A stretch of DNA of 28,005 nt, taken from positions 1 through 28,005 of the forward strand of contig CAZQEL010000011.1 in the NCBI GenBank assembly GCA_964591795.1, written 5' to 3'. Shown piece by piece: positions 8,144-15,895 of this stretch; position 1 is the first letter of the stretch, and each line of letters opens with the position of its first letter. The stretch is from an uncultured archaeon (GTDB taxonomy: Archaea > Iainarchaeota > Iainarchaeia > Iainarchaeales > CSSED10-239). Below the pieces are notes generated by a model. The model searched no databases and was not told where the DNA came from. It saw nothing but the letters and a program-made list of their open reading frames with translations. The translations under genes were made by a program, and so were the position numbers.

Positions 8144-8596
8144 ATGGTTTTTAATCTTTTTGAAAATGTTTATTTTTATTTGAGTGTTTTTTTAACATTT
8201 ATTTTAGTATATGTTTATGTTGCTTACGCTTGGCATACTATTGCAAAAAAACATAAATATCGAAAATATTGGATCGCATGGATACCTTTAGTTCAGTTTT
8301 TTTTATTACCAATCTTAGCTAAGAAAAAATGGTATTATGGTTTTGTATTTATTTTACCTTTTATTTTTTTAATTTTACCAAACTTTAAGGGATATGGTTT
8401 AATATTATTTTTACTTAGAATTGTTTGTATTTATTTTATTGTATCTTGGAGTTGGTATATTTTTGAAAAGCAAAATTATCCTGGATTTTTAAGTTTAGTT
8501 GTAATTTTATTTATTATTCCTGTTCTTAATATATTTGCATTTATTGCTTATTTAATAATATTAGGGTTTATTGCTTTTAAAACTAAAATTAAGTGA
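8144..8596 (+). CDS. Small polytopic membrane protein (paralogue B)
   Basis: SD tGGGTGa lies upstream. It is exactly the same length (150 aa) as 7597..8049 and carries the same conserved blocks. Confidence 0.6.
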   Translation: MVFNLFENVYFYLSVFLTFILVYVYVAYAWHTIAKKHKYRKYWIAWIPLVQFFLLPILAKKKWYYGFVFILPFIFLILPNFKGYGLILFLLRIVCIYFIVSWSWYIFEKQNYPGFLSLVVILFIIPVLNIFAFIAYLIILGFIAFKTKIK

Positions 8597-8607
8597 GTTT
8601 TTTAAAT

Positions 8608-9264
8608 ATGTTAAAATTAGTAATTTTTGATTTTGATGGAGTTATTTTTAATTCTGTAAAATATTATCTTAAAACAAGAGCATTTTATTTTAAAAAATAT
8701 GGTGTTAAGTTTACAAAAAAGGATAAAAAGGATAATCTTGCAACAACTACAAAAGATTTTGTAATGTATGTTAATAAAAAATACAATTTAAACGTTTCAT
8801 ATAAACAATACGTAAAAGGTAAAAAAGAAATATTTAATAGTTTTTTACCAAAAATAAAACCAAACTTAGGAATTATAAGACTTTTAAAAGAACTTAAGAA
8901 AAATAAAATTAAAATTGCTCTATCTTCTTCAAATAATAAAAAAATTGTTTTATTTTTATTAAATAAATACAAATTAACTGGTTATTTTGATTTAATTTTA
9001 GGTCTTGAAAATATAAAAAAGTATAAACCTAATCCTGAAGCATATCTTAAACCTTCAAAATTATTAAAAATAAATCCATTTAATTGTGTAGGTATAGAGG
9101 ATGCTTTACAGGGAGTTATTTCTATTAATTCTGCAAATATGAAATCAGTTGGTGTGTTGTCTGAGTTTACTACTTTAAGTGATTTTAAAAAAATAAATAC
9201 TGATTTAATTATTAAGTCAATGAATGATTTAAATTATAAAAAAATAGCTTTGTTATGTAAATGA
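8608..9264 (+). CDS. HAD-superfamily hydrolase (beta-phosphoglucomutase/phosphatase-like)
   Basis: HAD motif I is VIFDFDGVIFNS. Motif II is LSSS and motif III is K..KP. The C-terminal acidic motif is GIEDA..G. The track start GTG 8593 overlaps the previous gene; ATG 8608 gives the usual M-x-K-x-V-I-F-D-x-D-G N-terminus. Confidence 0.8.
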   Translation: MLKLVIFDFDGVIFNSVKYYLKTRAFYFKKYGVKFTKKDKKDNLATTTKDFVMYVNKKYNLNVSYKQYVKGKKEIFNSFLPKIKPNLGIIRLLKELKKNKIKIALSSSNNKKIVLFLLNKYKLTGYFDLILGLENIKKYKPNPEAYLKPSKLLKINPFNCVGIEDALQGVISINSANMKSVGVLSEFTTLSDFKKINTDLIIKSMNDLNYKKIALLCK

Positions 9265-9270
9265 TTAAGT

Positions 9271-10035
9271 ATGAGAAAAGTTAAAGAATATTATAATGTT
9301 TATAATTATCCTAAGATTAATTTTTATACTAAACAACAAGTTAAGAAACATCATAAGTTAATTACAAAAATATTAGCCTATGGAAATTTATCTGTTGAAG
9401 ATCTTAAATCTAAAACTATTTTAGATGCTGGATGTGGAACTGGTGAAAAATCTATTTTTTTTGCAAAACATGGAGCTAAAGTTACAGCTATAGATTTATC
9501 TTCAGGGCAATTAAAGGTTTTAAAAGAAAAGATTAAAATTGAAAAATTAGATATTGTTGTTAAAAAAAAAGATATTGTAAATGATGATTTGTTAGATCTA
9601 GGCACTTTTGATGTAGTTGTATGCACTGGGGTTTTACATCATACAGAGGCACCTTATAAAGGTTTTTTGAATCTTTTAAAGCTTTTAAGGCCTGGTGGAG
9701 TAATAATAATAGCACTTTACCATAAATATGCACGAATAAGGTACAGACTAATAAGGCTTTTCCTTCATTTGTTTATTTCTAGGGATCCTAAGAAGCTTGA
9801 AATGGCTTTTAATAAATTAAAATTTCTTTATTTTTTAAAAAATGCACCTGCAAATTCAATTTATGATAGATATTTAGTACCTCATGAGTCCTATCATACT
9901 ATTAGAGAAGTAAAAAAATGGTTTAAAAATAATAATGTAATTATAGGGTCTTTTTCTAAAGAGTTTAAAGGAATTGAAGAATTTAAGGTTTTTACAAAGA
10001 AAACTTTATTTTTTATATCTGGAATTAAAAAATAG
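9271..10035 (+). CDS. Class I SAM-dependent methyltransferase
   Basis: Motif I is ILDAGCGTGEKSIFFAKHGAKVTAIDLS. The post-I and motif III regions are FDVVVCTGVLHH and LRPGGVIII. Confidence 0.8.
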   Translation: MRKVKEYYNVYNYPKINFYTKQQVKKHHKLITKILAYGNLSVEDLKSKTILDAGCGTGEKSIFFAKHGAKVTAIDLSSGQLKVLKEKIKIEKLDIVVKKKDIVNDDLLDLGTFDVVVCTGVLHHTEAPYKGFLNLLKLLRPGGVIIIALYHKYARIRYRLIRLFLHLFISRDPKKLEMAFNKLKFLYFLKNAPANSIYDRYLVPHESYHTIREVKKWFKNNNVIIGSFSKEFKGIEEFKVFTKKTLFFISGIKK

Positions 10036-10072
10036 TTATTAATTTTAAAAAAATAAAGGGGAAAAAAAGAAA

Positions 10073-10546
10073 TTAAGCAATAATCATTGGTTTTGGTTCT
10101 TTTTTAACAGTTTCTTCAATAATTTTTTCTTTAAGCATGCTTTTATTACTAACAGTGTACCTAATATCTTTAATAATTTTAAATCTTACAATTACTTCAC
10201 CATCAGCAATTCCTCTAAGTAAAGCTCCACTAACAATATGAATTGGGTCTCTTATAATAGAGATATTAACATCTCCAAAATAATCTGTTTTTATTTTATT
10301 AAATTCACCTGAAACTTGTTTTATTTTTAAAGCTTCACTATAAGTTTTTTGTCTTAAGTTTCCTGCTCTTGAAACTGCCATTCTTGAATCTCTTATTTTA
10401 CCATCTGCTGATACAAGTATTGCTTTTTTGATGTTTTGTTCTTTGAAAGCGGTTTCAATACATGCAATCATTTCATCCCCGTCATCAAGGACTATAGTTA
10501 AATAATTATCATTTTTAATTTCGTTTTCAATTCCACTTTTTATCAT
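10073..10546 (-). CDS. PPC (DUF296) domain protein, putative DNA-binding
   Basis: YLTIVLDDGDEMIACIETAFKEQNIKKAILVSADGKI ... HIVSGALLRG...GEVIV fits the PPC/DUF296 beta-sandwich pattern as I recall it. Confidence 0.6.
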   Translation of the reverse strand: MIKSGIENEIKNDNYLTIVLDDGDEMIACIETAFKEQNIKKAILVSADGKIRDSRMAVSRAGNLRQKTYSEALKIKQVSGEFNKIKTDYFGDVNISIIRDPIHIVSGALLRGIADGEVIVRFKIIKDIRYTVSNKSMLKEKIIEETVKKEPKPMIIA

Positions 10547-10616
10547 TTTTCATCACAACCTTCATAAATATATAAATAGAATTAATATATATATAATATA
10601 TAGAAAGATATTTAAA

Positions 10617-11537
10617 TCATTTTAATACATTTTTAATGTTCTTTTTTTCAATAGTTCTTTTTATTAATTCTTCAATAATTCTTGTAGTTGATACAATCTT
10701 TATTTTATTTGATTTTGGGTGATTATGTGTTATCACATATATTTGTTTAATTATAGATTTTTCAATTAAAGGGATAGCTTTTTTATCTAAAATACCATGT
10801 GTTGCTATTACTGATATATTTTTTGCACCTTTTAAAGTAAGATAGTTTGAATATTTTGTAATGTTTTCTCCTGTTGCTATTGAGTCAGATACTATTAATA
10901 TATCTTTACTATTAACGTTACCTGTAATATTAAATACAGTTTTATTGTTTATAATATCTTTAGTTGGAAAAATTGTTGTTGATTTAATTCTTTTTGCAAT
11001 TTCTTTTGATGTTTCTTGCATTTCATAATCAATGGTTGTTATAATTAAATTTTCATTATTTAAAAAAATTTCATCTAATATTTTTGAAAAAATATTTATT
11101 AAAGGTACATTATAAAGAGGTAATTTTAAATAAAAACTAATTTTTGGAGAATATAATCCAAAAGTATATATTTTATCAATATTAGTTTCTTCTAAAAGCC
11201 TTGCAAACAAACTAAAATTAAGTTTATGTTCTGTTTTGTATTTTATTTTTGTATAAGGTAGATATGTTGTGATTAAATATATTTTTTCAGCACCTTCTTT
11301 TCTAATTGCATCTGCAATGAACAAGAGTTGCATTATTGATTCATTAACTGGTTGAGCAATATTATAAACTAAAAATACCTTTTTATTTACAACATAACTT
11401 TTTACATCAATACTAGTTTCTGAACCTTGGACGTGTCTTATGTTAATATCTCCTATTGTAAGATTTAGTTTATTTGCAATAGTAGTTATTTGTGCTTTTT
11501 CTTTATTTGAAGACAAGAGAATATATTCATCATCCAT
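10617..11537 (-). CDS. Ribose-phosphate pyrophosphokinase (Prs)-like protein with degenerate catalytic motifs
   Basis: Colinear with Prs: VQGSE (F-x-DGE), NESIMQLLFIADAIRKEGAEKIYLITTYLPY (N-D-x-LMELL...PY), VSDSIATGEN (DDIIDTGGT) and ATHGIL. However, the RQDRK and KRR-loop equivalents are not conserved. Confidence 0.6.
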   Translation of the reverse strand: MDDEYILLSSNKEKAQITTIANKLNLTIGDINIRHVQGSETSIDVKSYVVNKKVFLVYNIAQPVNESIMQLLFIADAIRKEGAEKIYLITTYLPYTKIKYKTEHKLNFSLFARLLEETNIDKIYTFGLYSPKISFYLKLPLYNVPLINIFSKILDEIFLNNENLIITTIDYEMQETSKEIAKRIKSTTIFPTKDIINNKTVFNITGNVNSKDILIVSDSIATGENITKYSNYLTLKGAKNISVIATHGILDKKAIPLIEKSIIKQIYVITHNHPKSNKIKIVSTTRIIEELIKRTIEKKNIKNVLK

Positions 11538-11642
11538 ATTTTATATTAGGGTATAATAGGTTTTTTAAAAGTATTTCATTTATAAATTTCACCTTAAATC
11601 TTATACCTTTATTAATGTTTTCCTTCTTTATATTTATTGTAG

Positions 11643-13400
11643 ATGTATCTTAAACCAAAATCAAAGATTTCAAAAGATGTTCATTTATTTCTAAATTGTC
11701 CTTACAATTTTAAATACAAAGATATTAAAGTAATATTTAACTGTGTTAATTGTAAAAATGCTCCTTGTATTTCAGCTTGTAAAAAAAATGCAATTTTTTA
11801 TATTTCAGATGGAATCGTATCTATTGATAAGAATAAATGCGATGGTTGTGGGGATTGTGTTTTAGCGTGTCCTTACAATGCTATTGTTTTAAATAAAAAA
11901 AAAGCTTATAAATGTGATTTATGTGCTTTAAGTTCTTTTTCTATGTTTTGTTATAAAAACAATAAGAATCTTTTAGAGTTAATAGATGATTATTCTCAAG
12001 ATGAAATTGATGTTATTTTAAATAGATACCTTGGTTATAAAATACTTTCATTTAAAGAAAATTTTCTAAGACAAATTTCTCTAAATATTATTGAAACAAA
12101 AGACAATATTAAAAATTATGTTGTGTATCATCCTGATTTATCACTTCAAGAAATTGAATTAATAAATTTTATTCTTGATTCATATAAGGATAAATCAGAA
12201 TTTATTGGAAAACTATCTAAAGAAAAAATTAAAGCGGATATTGAAAATGAACTTATTGATTATTGTTATATAAACAATATTGAGTTAGAAGAAGATCAAT
12301 TTAATTATATATTAGATGTTTCATTTAAAAATCTTCATGGGTATGGACCATTAAGTGATATCTTGAGTGATAATAATTTAGAAGAAATAGTGCTTCTTGG
12401 AGAAAACAAACCCTTGTTTGTTTATCATAAATATCATGGTTGGCTTGAAACTAATTTGTTATATACTTCTTTACAAATTATAAAAAATTTAATTAATAAG
12501 CTTTCCTGGCATTCTAACAAATATATAACTTTAAAAAATCCAATTTTGGATACTTATTTAAAAGATCATTCTAGATTGAATGCTTTGATTAATCCAATTA
12601 CTGAAAGTGCATCAATAACTATTAGAAAATTTTCAGAAAAGCCATTTACTATAAAGGATTTAATAAAATTTAATACTATTTCAAAAGAAGCTTTAGTTTT
12701 TTTAAGTTTATGTTTTTTAACAGATTTAAATATTATTGTTGTTGGTAATACTGGTTCTGGTAAAACAACTACATTAAACACATTACTTTCTTTTGTGCCA
12801 TTAAGTGAAAGAATTGTTGTTGTTGAAGAAGTACGGGAAATTAATATACCTCATAAACATAAAGTATTTACGTTAGTAAATCCTGAAATAGGAGTTACTT
12901 TAGAACATCTTGTTATTAATACTTTAAGAATGAGGCCTGACAGGGTTGTAATTGGAGAAATTAGAACTCGTGATGAATCAAAATATTTAATTGAATCCAT
13001 GCTTTGTGGTCAAGCAAAAGGAACATATACAACTTTTCATTCTCAAACTGCTAATGAAGCTTTACTAAGATTTAAATCATATGGTGTTTTAGAAACAGAT
13101 TTAGGGGTTGTTGATATAATTATCACACAAAGAAGATATAATAAATACACAAATAAAAAATCTATTGATTTAAGAAATATTACTGAAATTTGTGAAGTTA
13201 TTTTCGATGATTCTTCTTTAAAATTAAATAAATTGTTTGAATTTGATGTTTTTAAAAACAAATTAATTAAAAAAAATGATCCGGTTAAAGTGTTAGATAA
13301 ATTTAAAATTGCTTTCAATATAAATTCAAAAAAAGATTTAATTAATTTTTATAAAAAACAAGAAAAAGTTATTGATGGAATTTTAAATTCAATAAAATAG
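11643..13400 (+). CDS. Type II/IV secretion / archaeal type IV filament ATPase (FlaI/PilB/VirB11 superfamily) with an N-terminal DmsB/NrfC/CooF-type [4Fe-4S] ferredoxin module
   Basis: Cys motifs are CVNCKNAPCISAC, CDGCGDCVLACP and KCDLC-x8-C (nt ~11697-11951). Walker A is GNTGSGKTT (nt 12744-12770). EEVREI, RPDRVVIGEIR and the His box TFHS are also present. Confidence 0.85.
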   Translation: MYLKPKSKISKDVHLFLNCPYNFKYKDIKVIFNCVNCKNAPCISACKKNAIFYISDGIVSIDKNKCDGCGDCVLACPYNAIVLNKKKAYKCDLCALSSFSMFCYKNNKNLLELIDDYSQDEIDVILNRYLGYKILSFKENFLRQISLNIIETKDNIKNYVVYHPDLSLQEIELINFILDSYKDKSEFIGKLSKEKIKADIENELIDYCYINNIELEEDQFNYILDVSFKNLHGYGPLSDILSDNNLEEIVLLGENKPLFVYHKYHGWLETNLLYTSLQIIKNLINKLSWHSNKYITLKNPILDTYLKDHSRLNALINPITESASITIRKFSEKPFTIKDLIKFNTISKEALVFLSLCFLTDLNIIVVGNTGSGKTTTLNTLLSFVPLSERIVVVEEVREINIPHKHKVFTLVNPEIGVTLEHLVINTLRMRPDRVVIGEIRTRDESKYLIESMLCGQAKGTYTTFHSQTANEALLRFKSYGVLETDLGVVDIIITQRRYNKYTNKKSIDLRNITEICEVIFDDSSLKLNKLFEFDVFKNKLIKKNDPVKVLDKFKIAFNINSKKDLINFYKKQEKVIDGILNSIK

Positions 13401-13411
13401 ATTTGATAAAT

Positions 13412-14158
13412 ATGATTGATTTATATTTAATTAAAACCTATATATTTAATAAAAAAACCTGTACTCTTTTTTTAATAGTTTATTTTACAATAATGTTGAT
13501 TTTTTTTTTGATTGACTCTGTGATTGTGCCTTTGTCCTATGCTTATTTATTTAATATTTTTATTATGGTTTTTATAGTTTATTTTTTTGTAGTTTTTTTT
13601 CTGTATAAAATAAAAACTCAAAATTATCAACGTAAAATTAATAAAGAAATTCCTTTCTTTTTAAATAATTTGGCTAATGATATTGATAAAAATATTTCAT
13701 TGAAAATTGCTTTAGAAAATAGAATTGATGATTCATTAATTGGTTTTAAAATTAAACTAGTTATGCATAAGGTAAATACTTTAGGTTATTCACTTTCTGA
13801 ATCCTTAATTTCAGTAGGTATTGAGAATACAAATTTAAAAAGAGTATTTTATCAAATTGAAGATATTATTTCAACAGGTTCTAAAAATAAAGCTGATGCT
13901 TTAAGAACATTATCATTAAGTATAACTGAAAAACAAAATTATTTATTAAAAGATTATTCCACAAAATTAAGTTTGTTATCTTTAATATATATTGTTGTAT
14001 CTGCTATTGTGCCTGCTTTATTTTTAATGTTTCTTTTAGTTGGTAGTAATTTTCTAGAAATTTCTTTTTCACCAATAACTGTGATTTTTGTAATTGTAGT
14101 TTTATTTCCAATCATTGATATGTTTATATTTTTAGTTATGAAGGCTAATTTACCTTAA
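13412..14158 (+). CDS. Type IV filament platform protein half (T2SS-F / TadB / FlaJ-like)
   Basis: It sits directly downstream of the ATPase. The track start is TTG 13403; an ATG is at 13412. TM helices are followed by a soluble segment (KINKEIPFFLNNLANDIDKNISLKIALENR...) and then C-terminal TM helices. Confidence 0.6.
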   Translation: MIDLYLIKTYIFNKKTCTLFLIVYFTIMLIFFLIDSVIVPLSYAYLFNIFIMVFIVYFFVVFFLYKIKTQNYQRKINKEIPFFLNNLANDIDKNISLKIALENRIDDSLIGFKIKLVMHKVNTLGYSLSESLISVGIENTNLKRVFYQIEDIISTGSKNKADALRTLSLSITEKQNYLLKDYSTKLSLLSLIYIVVSAIVPALFLMFLLVGSNFLEISFSPITVIFVIVVLFPIIDMFIFLVMKANLP

Positions 14159-14178
14159 ATTAAACGAGATTTTTAATT

Positions 14179-14880
14179 ATGATAAATAAAATAAAATATT
14201 TTTTATTTAAAGATTATTTGTTTTCACTTAAAATAAAAAATTTAGATAATGGTTTAGTTGATGATATTTTAAGAATTTCAAGTGTTGTTAGATCTAATGA
14301 TTTAAAAGTAATTTTAAGTAAACTTGCAGCATCAAATAATAAATTAATTTCAAGAGAGTTTACTCTAGTTTTAACTAAAATTAATAAAGGACATAATCCT
14401 AAATATATTTTTAAAAGTTTAAAAGACAAATATAATTCTGAATTATTGTCTAAATTTTTAGATCTTTTAGATTATTCAGTTTCAACTGGGACTGTAACTT
14501 CTAAAGACTATAAAAATATAGTTAATGATTTTTTGAGATCACGCGAAATTATTGATGAAAGAAATTCAATTCTTTTAATGCAAAAATATACCATTATTTT
14601 TGCAGGTGGGGTAATTGTTCCTGGTATTTTAGGGGTTGTAATTTCTTTGGTGAGAAGTTTAACTGGTATTGTTGATATATCAGTTGTTGGTTTGACTTCT
14701 AGTGCGTCTTTATTTTTAGTAAGTTATTATTGTTCCATTATATATATTATTGAATATGTTGTAATTTCAGCAGTATATTTAGCCCATTTAGATGATAATT
14801 CAAAAAAGTTTTTATTATATCTCTGTTTTTTACTTCCCACAAGTCTTTTAATCTTTTTTGTATCTATATATATAATTTGA
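14179..14880 (+). CDS. Type IV filament platform protein half (T2SS-F / TadC / FlaJ-like)
   Basis: A soluble helical N-terminal region (DDILRISSVVRSNDLKVILSKLAASNNKLISREF...) is followed by TM helices. Together with 13412..14158 it would equal one two-domain FlaJ/PilC. Confidence 0.6.
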   Translation: MINKIKYFLFKDYLFSLKIKNLDNGLVDDILRISSVVRSNDLKVILSKLAASNNKLISREFTLVLTKINKGHNPKYIFKSLKDKYNSELLSKFLDLLDYSVSTGTVTSKDYKNIVNDFLRSREIIDERNSILLMQKYTIIFAGGVIVPGILGVVISLVRSLTGIVDISVVGLTSSASLFLVSYYCSIIYIIEYVVISAVYLAHLDDNSKKFLLYLCFLLPTSLLIFFVSIYII

Positions 14881-14922
14881 AATCTATTTTATAGTATATA
14901 TATATATTTTTGAGTTAAATTT

Positions 14923-15525
14923 ATGTTTGAAGAATTGATATTTAATTATGTTGCACACTTTTCAAGTAATTTTGGATATTTTGTAATTCTTATTCTAATG
15001 ATAATTGAAAGTTCATTTGTTCCATTTCCATCAGAATTTGTAATTATTCCTGCAGGTATAGCTGCATACATGGGTTCTTTAAATATTTTTTTAATTATTT
15101 TATTAGGTACTTTGGGTTCATTAATAGGTGCATCTATTAATTATTCAATTGGATATTATTTTGGACGTAAATATATTTTAAAAAATAAAAAGTTATTTTT
15201 CTTAAATATTAAACATTTAAAAAAAACAGAATATTTTTTTAAAAAGTATGGTAAACTTGCAACTTTTACTGGAAGATTGATTCCTGTTATTAAACAATAT
15301 ATTTCTTTACCAGCTGGTTTTTCTAGTATGAATTATTTTGATTTTATAGTGTATACTTTTTTAGGTTCTTTTTTATGGGTTACATTTTTAGCAATAATTG
15401 GTTATAAGTTAGGTCAAGAAATATCTAAAATAATTTTAAATTATTTTAATATTGTAGTTATAATATCTATATGTATATTTGTATTAGTTGTTGCTTTTAT
15501 TTACTTTTTAAAGAAAATTAAATAA
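14923..15525 (+). CDS. DedA / SNARE-associated family membrane protein
   Basis: ESSFVPFPSE.VIIPAG, a G-rich TM helix (LGTLGSLIGASINYSIGYYFGR), and GRLIPVIKQYISLPAGF are typical DedA blocks. Confidence 0.8.
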   Translation: MFEELIFNYVAHFSSNFGYFVILILMIIESSFVPFPSEFVIIPAGIAAYMGSLNIFLIILLGTLGSLIGASINYSIGYYFGRKYILKNKKLFFLNIKHLKKTEYFFKKYGKLATFTGRLIPVIKQYISLPAGFSSMNYFDFIVYTFLGSFLWVTFLAIIGYKLGQEISKIILNYFNIVVIISICIFVLVVAFIYFLKKIK

Positions 15526-15637
15526 TAGTTATAATTAATCATAATTTTTAAAAAAAGTAAGTCTTAGATATAAATATAAATGTTTTTGTTCATTAATTTA
15601 TTTATATAAAATCTAATTTTATATAACAATATAAAAT

Positions 15638-15709
15638 GCCCCAGTAGTCTATCGGTTAGGATGCGACCCTGTCAAGGTTGCGGGACGGGTCCGACTCCCG
15701 TCTGGGGCG
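15638..15709 (+). tRNA. tRNA-Asp (GTC)
   Basis: Acceptor gccccag/ctggggc. Anticodon stem cgacc/ggttg with loop ctGTCaa. T arm acggg-tccgact-cccgt. Discriminator G, no encoded CCA. It is a GC island in AT-rich DNA and is followed by a T-run. Confidence 0.92.
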
Positions 15710-15895
15710 CTTTTTATTTCTTTTTTTTATTTTATTATAATAATTGATCATTTTTTGCTTATTTTTCGTATTGTTTCGCTTTGTTTCCCTGAACCTATTT
15801 AAATACAAAAATTCATAGGTTTTGTATAACTTGAGGTTTTAACCAAACTTAAGCAAGTTATTTTTTGTTTAAAAAAATTAAAAGGTGAAAATAAA

